Source: Betaproteobacteria bacterium (lineage in GTDB: Bacteria > Pseudomonadota > Gammaproteobacteria > Burkholderiales > Ga0077523). Taken from it: a stretch of 64,000 bases of DNA. The notes beneath the pieces are model-generated. The model was not told where the DNA came from. It did no database searches and saw only the letters and a program-made list of their open reading frames with translations. The first letter of the stretch is position 1; each line of letters begins with the position of its first letter. The stretch is from assembly GCA_025350245.1 (NCBI GenBank), contig JANXYG010000125.1, forward strand, positions 90 to 64,089, given 5' to 3'. Position numbers and translations under genes: made by a program. Below, one piece after another: positions 40,117 to 48,113 of the stretch.

Positions 40117-41844
40117 TCACGCGGCATCGGAAATCGCGGGCGCAAGGGTCCCGGGGCGCAAGGTGAAACAGACCTCACCGGCAAGGTTCGATGACAGTTC
40201 CAGCACGTAGCCCAGTTCGGCGGCGTGACGCGCGCTCTGGTACAACCCGACCCCCAAACCATCGTCCGATGCTACCGGCGCCCGGAACAGCTCGCGCGCC
40301 AGAGACGCCGAAATGGCCTCGCCGCCATCGGTGATCGAAAATCCGACACCTTCGCCATCGTGAAGCCAGGCCGCACGCACCGACGCGGTCTCGCCGCGAC
40401 GACGTTTCGCCAACGCATTCTGGAGCAGGTTGTCGGCGACGCTGTCGAACAGGTCGCCAGGGACCAGGGCCACCGCCTGAACCTCGCCGATGCCATCGAA
40501 CTCGACACCCTCGTGGGCGTATTGCTGGGCGAGCGCCCGCCACCAGTCGGCCGCGTTCACCATGCCGACCGGCCCGGAACGGTGGGCATCGAGCTTGTCG
40601 AGCGTACTCTGGAGCCGCTGGACGATCTGCGGCAATTGCCGCCGGATGAGTCGCAGCAATGCATCGGCGTCATCGCTACTGCTGTTCGCCGCCGCGGCAC
40701 AAAGCGAGCGCAACGATTGCAACAGGTTCTTGACGTCGTGCGTGAGGCGCGATCCGGTTTCGTAGATCGCCTGCAGATAGTCGGTCTGGCGCTGCGCCTG
40801 TTCGCGTACCTTCGCGTCGTGGTAGTCGCCGAGCAGGCGCGCCAGCAGACGCATGTGCAGCAGCAGCGCCGGTGTCGGCCGCCAGCGCGTGTAGAGGCGC
40901 AGATCCAGCCCGCCGAACGCGAAATGCGTGTCGAACGGCGAGACGATCCCGACCAGCCCCTCGCGGTTCGCAGCCGACCATTCGACCCCCACGAGCCATG
41001 GCAGCTCGAGCATGTCGCGCACTGCCCGCGCCACGAACTGGTACGGGTCGGCCTCGCGCTCGGCGAGGTTGGCCAGCCGGTGCATCCAGCGCTCGAACGG
41101 CATGCCAAGGCTGAGAAAGTAGCGCGACAACACCTGTCCGATGCCGGCAAAACCGCCACGCGGGTCCCAGAGCCACGACAGGATGAGCATGATGGCAGCG
41201 ATCGCCGTCACGGTCTTCACCAGCGCGACGGGATAGTCGTTGTGCGTCACCTGCTGCACGAACACCGTGCCCAGCACCAGCACCACCGCCAGCAGGAACA
41301 GCAGCACGCTGTAGACCAGATCGATGGCGTAGCGGGGCTGCGCGTGCCGCTCGCTCGTGCCCAGAAACGGGATCACGATCAGCGGCAACAGCAGACCATG
41401 CCGCAGAACCACCAGCGCCGCACTGGCAACCGACGCCTTGCCGAACAGCCCGGGGACGACCCAGGCGAGCAGTGCGGCGAGGAGATAAAGCGCAGCGAGC
41501 AACGATGCCATGCGCTCTCGCCGCGGGCCCAGCGCCGGCACGTTGCCCCCGATCAGCGAGAACAGCACCGCGAGCCAGAGGCCGAGCAGCCACCAACTGC
41601 TCCACCACACCAGCACGGCGCTCCCGGCAACCACCAGCAACGCTCGACGGGGCACCAGTTGCTGCGCGCCCTGCCACACCGGTTGCCAGAGCAGGAACAG
41701 GCCGAAGTGCGCAAGCAGCAAGGCCCGGGACGCGCCACTGCCGAGATCCAGCAGCAGCGCAAGATGCAGGGCGAGCAGCATGAGCCCGAGCGTGACGTTC
41801 TGCCGCGCCCACAGCGAGCGCGGGCGGATCGCGGGCGGGGTCAT
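40117..41844 (-). CDS. multi-TM sensor histidine kinase (PilS-like topology)
   Basis: It has roughly 9-10 N-terminal TM helices, an H-box SRLTHDVKNLLQSL, an N-box DNLLQNALAK and G-boxes ITDGGEAI / GLGVGLY. The start is trimmed to ATG 41844 because the ORF extension is repeat DNA. Confidence 0.85.
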   Translation of the reverse strand: MTPPAIRPRSLWARQNVTLGLMLLALHLALLLDLGSGASRALLLAHFGLFLLWQPVWQGAQQLVPRRALLVVAGSAVLVWWSSWWLLGLWLAVLFSLIGGNVPALGPRRERMASLLAALYLLAALLAWVVPGLFGKASVASAALVVLRHGLLLPLIVIPFLGTSERHAQPRYAIDLVYSVLLFLLAVVLVLGTVFVQQVTHNDYPVALVKTVTAIAAIMLILSWLWDPRGGFAGIGQVLSRYFLSLGMPFERWMHRLANLAEREADPYQFVARAVRDMLELPWLVGVEWSAANREGLVGIVSPFDTHFAFGGLDLRLYTRWRPTPALLLHMRLLARLLGDYHDAKVREQAQRQTDYLQAIYETGSRLTHDVKNLLQSLRSLCAAAANSSSDDADALLRLIRRQLPQIVQRLQSTLDKLDAHRSGPVGMVNAADWWRALAQQYAHEGVEFDGIGEVQAVALVPGDLFDSVADNLLQNALAKRRRGETASVRAAWLHDGEGVGFSITDGGEAISASLARELFRAPVASDDGLGVGLYQSARHAAELGYVLELSSNLAGEVCFTLRPGTLAPAISDAA

Positions 41845-41856
41845 GTCAGTGCCCGC

Positions 41857-41930
41857 CGGGGCCGTCCCAAGGACACCGCCCCCCTGGAGGAAGGCGAAGC
41901 GCAGCGCAGCCTGGGGGCGGGCGTCACCTC
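41857..41930. repeat. 3' two-thirds of the ~100-nt repeat unit
   Basis: GGGGCCGTCCCAAGGACACCGCCCCCCTGGAGGAAGGCGAAGCGCAGCGCAGCCTGGGGGCGGGCGTCACC aligns to the units at 12571 and 61067. Confidence 0.8.
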
Positions 41931-42017
41931 CATACACCGGTAGGAGCGACCGCGCGCGTTGTGTAGCATCACGGCCTCGTCATCCCGGCCCGCGCCTTGC
42001 CCTCTCCGGCATTCTCG

Positions 42018-42785
42018 ATGAACAGCATCCGCAACGTCGCGGCGTTCGCCGTGCTCGAGGCCAGACGCACGCGGCTGCCCCTGATCGTGGCCGGCATCGG
42101 CGTCCTCGCGCTGGCGGCGAGCGGGTTCGTGCGCTCGCTCGCGATCACCGAATCGGTGCGGGTGCAGACCGGTTTTCTCGCCGCAATGCTGCGCATGATC
42201 GCCATGTTCCTGCTCTGTCTGCATGTCCCCGGCAGCATGCTGCGCGAGGCCCACGACAAGGGAACGGAACTGCTGCTTTCGGTGGACATCAGCCGGTTCG
42301 AATATCTCGCCGGCAAGGCGCTCGGATACAGCCTGGTGGCGACCGGTGTATGCGTCGCTCTCGCCGTGCCGGTGATGCTGGTGGCACCGCCAGTGTCGGC
42401 GCTCGCATGGACGATATCGCTCGTGCTCGAGTCATGGATCATCGTGGCGGCGAGCCTGTTCTGCGTGATTACGTTCAATCAGCTGATCCTCGCGGCGAGC
42501 ATCGTCTTCGCATTCTATCTGCTGGCCCGCGCCATGACCGCGATCGTCCTGGTGGCCGGGGCCGACATGTTGCAGGACGGGAGCTGGTCCCACGCCGCGA
42601 TGACCGCGATCGTGAAGCTGGTCGCGCTGGCGCTGCCGCCCCTGGACGCCTTCACCCGGTCCGCCTGGCTGATGGACGCGGCAGCGGGCTGGGATCGGTT
42701 GCCGATACTCGCGGCGCAGACCGGTCTGTACGTCGTGCTGCTACTCGCGGCCGCCTGCGTGGACCTCTATCGCCGCAATGGCTAG
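42018..42785 (+). CDS. ABC-2 family permease (NosY-like)
   Basis: This six-TM protein has the ABC-2 hallmark after TM1 (REAHDKGTELLLSVDISRFEYLAGKALG). ATG 42018 is preferred over TTG 41997. Confidence 0.7.
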   Translation: MNSIRNVAAFAVLEARRTRLPLIVAGIGVLALAASGFVRSLAITESVRVQTGFLAAMLRMIAMFLLCLHVPGSMLREAHDKGTELLLSVDISRFEYLAGKALGYSLVATGVCVALAVPVMLVAPPVSALAWTISLVLESWIIVAASLFCVITFNQLILAASIVFAFYLLARAMTAIVLVAGADMLQDGSWSHAAMTAIVKLVALALPPLDAFTRSAWLMDAAAGWDRLPILAAQTGLYVVLLLAAACVDLYRRNG

Positions 42786-43527
42786 CAGCCTGCTGCCGTT
42801 CCGTGACGAACGACCGATTGCCGCGGTGCCGCGCGCGCTGCTGGTGGTGTTTGCCCTGGCGCTGGGCGCCCAGGTGGCGTGGCGGGCGATGCAGCCAGCG
42901 CCTACGGCAGCAGCCGATCAGCTCACGATGCCTCCATCGAGCGCGGCGCTGCGGGTACTGGCGATCGGCGACCCGATCGCCCTGGGACAGTTGCTGACGT
43001 TGCGCCTGCAGGCGTTCGACAACCAGCCGGGAATCAGCGTCCCGTTCGCGGCGCTGGACTACAACCAGGTCGAGGCGTGGCTCGCCGCGATCCTCGATCT
43101 CGATCCGCGCACGGGCTATCCGCTGCTGATGGCGGCGCAACTCTATGGGCAGGTGTTCGGGCACCCGGACAAACAGCGGCAGATGTCGGAGTTCGTGCTG
43201 CGGCAGTTCCTGCACGACCCCGATCGTCGCTGGCAGCCGCTCGCGCATGTCGCCGTGATGGCCAAGCACCGGCTGCACGATCTGCCGCTGGCTCTGCGCT
43301 ACGCCAAGGCACTCGAGCAACACGCGCGCGGCCCCGGCGTGCCTGGCTGGGCACGGCAGATGCACATCTTCCTGCTCGAGGATCTGGGCGAGGTCAAGAC
43401 CGCCAAAGTGCTGCTCGGCGGCCTGCTCGCGAGCGGAGCGATCACCGACGAGCATGAGGCCAGGTTCCTCACGGCGCGTCTGCAAGCGCTGGAAAACGCC
43501 GAGAACTCGACAGCCCCGCCGAGATGA
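42778..43527 (+). CDS. hypothetical bitopic protein coupled to the ABC-2 permease
   Basis: The 249-aa product overlaps the upstream gene by 8 nt. It has an N-terminal TM (ALLVVFALALGAQVAW) and a helical periplasmic domain. The family was not recognised. Confidence 0.5.
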   Translation: MASSLLPFRDERPIAAVPRALLVVFALALGAQVAWRAMQPAPTAAADQLTMPPSSAALRVLAIGDPIALGQLLTLRLQAFDNQPGISVPFAALDYNQVEAWLAAILDLDPRTGYPLLMAAQLYGQVFGHPDKQRQMSEFVLRQFLHDPDRRWQPLAHVAVMAKHRLHDLPLALRYAKALEQHARGPGVPGWARQMHIFLLEDLGEVKTAKVLLGGLLASGAITDEHEARFLTARLQALENAENSTAPPR

Positions 43528-43597
43528 CGACGGTTTGCCGCCTACGGCCCGCGACGCAACCCCATGAAACGACGGCGTTCCTCGATCGGCGGATGCG

Positions 43598-43613
43598 TGG
43601 CATGCATCTCGCA
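43598..43613 (+). promoter_or_regulatory. sigma-54 (-24/-12) type promoter candidate for the distal pilin gene
   Basis: TGGCAT-GCATC-TCGCA has exact GG-N10-GC spacing. It lies 47 nt upstream of GTG 43660. A sigma-54 activator is encoded in the locus. Confidence 0.4.
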
Positions 43614-43659
43614 CCATACGAGGTTCGCCGATGTGCATTGGCGCCTATCGGAGATCAAC

Positions 43660-44346
43660 GTGAATTCAAGACGCAACCAGGGCTTCACCCTGATCGAGAT
43701 CGCGATCGTGCTCGTGATCATCGGCCTGCTGCTCGGCGGCATCCTCAAGGGCCAGGAACTGATCACCAGTGCCCGCGTCCGCAATCTCATCTCGCAACAG
43801 GACGGCGTCAAGGCCGCGTTCTACGGCTTCCAGGACCGGTTCCGCGGCCTGCCCGGCGACTATAACCTGGCCACGACGAATATCCAGGGGACGACGGCGA
43901 ACGGGAATGGCGACGGTCAGATCGTGACGGCCACCGGCGGCGGCGGCACCGTAGAGCCGAATCTGGTTTGGGAACATCTCTCCAAGGCGGGTTTCGTGAA
44001 TGGCAATTACACCTACGCGGCGACGGCTTCGGCGCAGACCACACCCAACAATCCCTATGGGCAACAGGTGCAGCTCATCTGGGATGCCAGCTATGCGGTC
44101 CTGACCGGCGCGCCGCAGAACCCACGCCACAATCTCAAGACCGGTAACCAGATCCCGGTCGAGATCATCGCAGAGGTCGATCGCAAGGTGGACGACGGCC
44201 TGCCGGCTTCCGGCTCGTTCGTGTTCTCCGATTTCGCTGGAATCCAAGCGGCGTTGACCGGCTGTGCCAACATCGGTGCAACCACATCGAACTGGATCCT
44301 GGTCACCGGCGCCCAACAGAACTGCGGCGGCACCAGCCTGTTCTGA
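43660..44346 (+). CDS. type IV pilin-like protein (major subunit candidate)
   Basis: It has the class III signal SRRNQG|FTLIEIAIVLVIIGLLLGG and a GGAG 6 nt before GTG 43660. A C-terminal Cys pair (GCANIG...QQNCGG) is present, and an intrinsic terminator follows. Confidence 0.85.
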   Translation: MNSRRNQGFTLIEIAIVLVIIGLLLGGILKGQELITSARVRNLISQQDGVKAAFYGFQDRFRGLPGDYNLATTNIQGTTANGNGDGQIVTATGGGGTVEPNLVWEHLSKAGFVNGNYTYAATASAQTTPNNPYGQQVQLIWDASYAVLTGAPQNPRHNLKTGNQIPVEIIAEVDRKVDDGLPASGSFVFSDFAGIQAALTGCANIGATTSNWILVTGAQQNCGGTSLF

Positions 44347-44370
44347 TTTCACGACCTGGGTAGCAGTTCT

Positions 44371-44408
44371 CGGCGGCGAACCGGCTTCGGTTCGCCGCCG
44401 TCGTTTTG
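44371..44408 (+). terminator. intrinsic terminator after the pilin gene
   Basis: A 13-bp stem CGGCGGCGAACCG / CGGTTCGCCGCCG with loop GCTT is followed by TCGTTTTG. Confidence 0.75.
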
Positions 44409-44413
44409 CCGAC

Positions 44414-46387
44414 TCACCCCTGCAGCAGTTTGATCTCGGCGGCCGCCAGGTCGGTCTCGCGACCCCGCAGCACGATGACATCGCCCTGTTCCAGTCGCGC
44501 GTCATCGCTAGGGGCCTGACCGCGCACGTTGTGACGACGGATCGCCGTGATCTCGGCGTGGATAGCCCCGAAGTCCAGTTCGCGCAGGCTCCGGCCGATG
44601 GCATTCGCGCCCTCTGGCAACAAGACCGAATGCAACCGGATCGGTTCGACGCCATCCTCGGCCGGGTTGGAGGCGTCGGTGATGCCACGAAAGAAACCGC
44701 GAAACAGGCTGTAGCGCTGCTCCCGGGTTTCGCGGATGCGGCGCAGGACCCGCGGCAGCGGCGTCCCGAGCAGCATCAACGCGTGCGAGGCGAGCATGAG
44801 GCTGCCCTCCATGACCTCGGCCACCACTTCGGCCGCACCGGCCTGCTTGAGACGGTCGATGTCGACATCATCGAGCGTGCGCACGATCACCGCCATGCCC
44901 GGGCGGATCTCGCGCACCACCCCGAGGATCCGCAGCGCCGAAGCGGTATCGGCATACGACACGACCACGGCCTTGGCGCGCATCAGGCCGGCCGCCACCA
45001 ACACCTCACGCCGGGCCGCGTCGCCGAACACCACCTGCTCGCCGGCGATCGCCGCCTCCCTGACCCGAACCGGATCGACATCGAGCGCGATGAACGGAAT
45101 CGATTCGGCCTCGAGGATGCGCGCGAGATTCTGGCCGCTACGCCCGTACCCGCAGATGATCACGTGGTCGGCGGCGCCCATCGTCTGGACGGCGATGTTG
45201 TGCAACGCCATGGCGCGCCGCATCCATTCGGAGCGCACCAGCTTGCGCACCACGCGCTCCGACTGCTGCACCAGCAGCGGCGACATCAGCATCGACAGCA
45301 CCAGGGCCGCGAGCGTGATCTGCAGCAGGTCATGCCGCACGATGCCGAGCTGACCGGTGAGCGACAGCAGGACGAAACCGAACTCGCCGGCACCCGCCAG
45401 CGACAACGCCGTGCGTAGCGCCGTGCCCGCGTCGGCGCGGAACAGACGCCCGAGGCCGAAGACGATGGCGGCCTTGAGCAGCAGCATCGCCAGCAGGATG
45501 GACACGACCGCGCCCGCATTCGCCAGCACCACGGAGCCGTCGAGCTGCATGCCGACGGTGATGAAGAACAGACCCAGCAGCACGTCGCGGAACGGCTTGA
45601 TGTCCTCCTCGACCTGATAGCGGTACTCGGTTTCGGAGATCAGCATGCCGGCGATGAAAGCGCCCAGCGCGAGCGATAGTCCGGCGAACTCGGTGATCGC
45701 CGCCAGCAGCAACGTGATCAAGAGCACGTTGAGCACGAACAGCTCGGACGACTTCTGCGCCGCCACGAGATGGAACCAGGGGCGCATCAAGCGCTGACCG
45801 AGTCCGAGCAGCAGCGCCAGCACCACGGCCGCCTTGAGGCCGGCAAAACCGAGTTCGCGCAGGATGTCGGGGGTCGGCGCGGCCAGCGTCGGCAGCAGGA
45901 TCAGCAGCGGCACCACAGCCAGATCCTGAAACAGCAGCACGCCCATGATGCTGCGGCCGTGCGGCGCATTGAGCTGGAGCTGTTCCGCCAGCATCTTGCC
46001 GAGAATCGCGGTGGACGACATCGCGATCGCGCCACCCAGGGCGACGCCGCCCTTGGCGCCGAGACCGAGCCACCACGCGCAGGCGGCGACAATCAGCAAC
46101 GTGCTCAGCACCTGCGCGGCGCCGAGCCCGAACACCAGGCGCCGCATCGTCAGCAGCTTGGGCAGGCTGAACTCGAGTCCGATCGAGAACATGAGGAACA
46201 CGACCCCGAACTCGCCGAGTTCACGAGTGCCGGCACCGTCGTCGACCCAGCCGAGCGCATTCGGTCCGATGGCGATGCCGACCGCCAGATAGCCGACCAG
46301 CGGCGGCAACCGCAGGCGTCGGCACAGCGCGACCACCACCACCGCCGCAGCCAGGAGAATCAATACCAGCGTGAGCGTGTGATGCAT
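44414..46387 (-). CDS. CPA2-family monovalent cation:proton antiporter with RCK domains (KefB/YbaL-like)
   Basis: It has about 12 TM segments, then TrkA-N (HVIICGYGRSG) and TrkA-C domains. The start is ATG 46387. Confidence 0.85.
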   Translation of the reverse strand: MHHTLTLVLILLAAAVVVVALCRRLRLPPLVGYLAVGIAIGPNALGWVDDGAGTRELGEFGVVFLMFSIGLEFSLPKLLTMRRLVFGLGAAQVLSTLLIVAACAWWLGLGAKGGVALGGAIAMSSTAILGKMLAEQLQLNAPHGRSIMGVLLFQDLAVVPLLILLPTLAAPTPDILRELGFAGLKAAVVLALLLGLGQRLMRPWFHLVAAQKSSELFVLNVLLITLLLAAITEFAGLSLALGAFIAGMLISETEYRYQVEEDIKPFRDVLLGLFFITVGMQLDGSVVLANAGAVVSILLAMLLLKAAIVFGLGRLFRADAGTALRTALSLAGAGEFGFVLLSLTGQLGIVRHDLLQITLAALVLSMLMSPLLVQQSERVVRKLVRSEWMRRAMALHNIAVQTMGAADHVIICGYGRSGQNLARILEAESIPFIALDVDPVRVREAAIAGEQVVFGDAARREVLVAAGLMRAKAVVVSYADTASALRILGVVREIRPGMAVIVRTLDDVDIDRLKQAGAAEVVAEVMEGSLMLASHALMLLGTPLPRVLRRIRETREQRYSLFRGFFRGITDASNPAEDGVEPIRLHSVLLPEGANAIGRSLRELDFGAIHAEITAIRRHNVRGQAPSDDARLEQGDVIVLRGRETDLAAAEIKLLQG

Positions 46388-46491
46388 CTTCGGGCGAACT
46401 TGCGAGAGCCACGATCGAGGGAGCGTTCGAATGTAGCACACGGTCCGCGGCAGTCACGGTGGCGGGATGCCCCTGCGCTATACTCGAAAAC

Positions 46492-47503
46492 ATGCACGCG
46501 GAACCGGAGATCGCTCGCGCAAACAGCCTTGGCAAGCTCACCCCCAGCGCCGCGATTTCGGTCGGGCGGCGGGTGCTCGACATCGAATCGCGCGCCGTCG
46601 CGATGCTGTCGCAACGGCTCGACCACAGCTTCGCCCGTGCGCTCGAGCTGCTGCTGGCATGCCGTGGCCGCGTGGTGGTGAGCGGCATCGGCAAGTCCGG
46701 CCATATCGCGGGCAAGATCGCCTCCACCCTCGCCAGCACCGGGACCCCGGCGTTCTTCATGCATCCCGCCGAGGCCAGTCACGGCGACCTCGGCATGATC
46801 ACTGCCGACGACGTGATGATCGCCCTCTCCAACTCCGGCGAAAGCAGCGAACTGCTCACCATCGTGCCGCTGGTGCGGCGGCGCGGCGGTGATCGCCATG
46901 ACCGGCAATGCCGGGTCGACCCTCGCGCGCGCGGCCGATGTTCACCTCGATGCCGGCGTGAGCGAGGAAGCCTGTCCGCTGGGTCTCGCCCCCACCGCCA
47001 GTACCACGGCGGCACTGGCGCTCGGCGATGCGCTCGCGGTCGCCGCGCTGGAGGCGCGCGGCTTCGGTGCTGAGGATTTTGCGCGCTCTCACCCCGGTGG
47101 AAACCTGGGCCGCAAACTGCTGACCCACGTCAGCGACGTCATGCGCGTGGGTGCCGCGATCCCGCAGGTGCGGGTCGATACCCCGGTCAGCGATGCCCTG
47201 GTCGAAATCTCCTGCAAAGGGCTGGGCATGAGTGCCGTATCGAGCGCGAGCGGCGTGCTGGCCGGCGTGCTTACCGACGGCGATCTGCGCCGCGCCATCG
47301 GCCGCAACGTCGACTTGCGCACGGCCGTGGTCGCCGACATCATGTCCTGCAATCCACGCACCATCGGTCCGGGCCGGCTTGCGGTCGAGGCGGTCGCGGA
47401 AATGGAACGTCATCGCATCAACGGGCTGCTGGTGGTCGATGCCGCGGGCGCTGTGGTCGGCGCGCTCAACATGCACGACCTGTTCGGCGCCAAGGTGATC
47501 TGA
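46492..47503 (+). pseudogene. kdsD: arabinose-5-phosphate isomerase KdsD, interrupted by a +1 frame change near 46876-46890
   Basis: The SIS domain (VVSGIGKSGHIAGKIASTLASTGTPAFFMHPAEASHGDLG) is in one frame. The continuation (VIAMTGN...ACPLGLAPTASTTA..., two CBS domains) is in the next frame. The junction lies in the run GCGGCGGCGCGGCGG. Confidence 0.8.
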
Positions 47504-47561
47504 TGACGCCCCCCCCCAATGGGTGGCCAGCGCCCTTGGGAACGGCTTGGCGGGCGGTGCG

Positions 47562-48113
47562 ATGACCGATCAAGGTCACGAAGCGCGCATCGAGTCGGCA
47601 CTGGCCAAGGCGCGGCGGGTGCGCATCGCGGTCTTCGACATCGACGGCGTGATGACCGATGGCACGCTGTTTCTCGATGATCAGGGCAACGAGAGCAAGG
47701 GCTTCAACTCGCTCGACGGCCACGGCCTGCGCATGCTCGCCCACACCGGCATCACGCTCGCCATCATCACCGGCCGCCGGTCGCGCTGTGTCGAATTGCG
47801 GGCCATGAATCTCGGCATCGCGCACGTGCACCAGGGCGTGGACGACAAGCTCGCGAGCTTCGACGAACTGCTGGGCCCGCTTGGTCTCGAGCGCGCCGAC
47901 GCCGCCTACATGGGCGACGACGTGGTCGATCTGCCGGTGATGCGCCGCTGCGGGCTTGCCGTGTCGGTGCCAGCCGCGCCGGAAATCGTGCGCCGGCATG
48001 CCGACATCGTCACCACGCGCAGCGCCGGACACGGCGCCGTGCGTGAGGCCTGCGAGTTCATCATGGCGGCGCAGGGCTCCCTCGACACCGAGCTCGAGCG
48101 CTACCTCCGATGA
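47562..48113 (+). CDS. kdsC: KDO 8-phosphate phosphatase
   Basis: It has the HAD motifs FDIDGVMTDG and GDDVVDLPVM. The start is ATG 47562. Confidence 0.9.
   Translation: MTDQGHEARIESALAKARRVRIAVFDIDGVMTDGTLFLDDQGNESKGFNSLDGHGLRMLAHTGITLAIITGRRSRCVELRAMNLGIAHVHQGVDDKLASFDELLGPLGLERADAAYMGDDVVDLPVMRRCGLAVSVPAAPEIVRRHADIVTTRSAGHGAVREACEFIMAAQGSLDTELERYLR

Noticed and set aside
25530-41844. The regulator/kinase pair could be PrsR/PrsK of a PEP-CTERM/exosortase system, and the ExeA-like ATPase its locus-associated ATPase.
   Set aside because: The resemblance (the DLGLPP...EGF receiver segment and a many-TM kinase) comes from memory only. No exosortase, PEP-CTERM protein or polysaccharide genes are in the window, while pilins, a secretin, a GspE-type ATPase and a GspF-type platform protein are. 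It is kept only as a remark.
25656-41943. Many long antisense or off-frame ORFs lie within the filament locus. Examples are 25656-26921, 26662-28137, 28592-30175, 31852-33735, 33979-34989, 34968-36515, 38186-38923 and 40225-41943.
   Set aside because: Each fully overlaps a motif-bearing gene on the other strand or in another frame and translates to Arg/Gly/Asp/His-rich sequence. They are treated as high-GC artefacts and not as overlapping genes.
41986-42000. A sigma-54-like element CGGCCCGCGCCTTGC (GG-N10-GC, good TTGC) lies upstream of the ABC-2 permease gene.
   Set aside because: It lies only 18 nt before ATG 42018. The predicted transcript would therefore have almost no leader or ribosome-binding site. 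GG-N10-GC matches are expected by chance at this G+C.
24667-44408. The central block could be a mobile genomic island.
   Set aside because: There is no integrase, transposase, conjugation gene, flanking direct repeat or adjacent tRNA. Apart from one 130-nt AT-rich patch, the composition looks like the rest of the window. Only the synteny argument supports accessory status.
46479-46494. TATACT lies 7 nt upstream of the kdsD ATG, which suggests a leaderless mRNA.
   Set aside because: No convincing -35 element is present and alternative upstream starts exist (GTG 46459). This cannot be supported without 5' end data.
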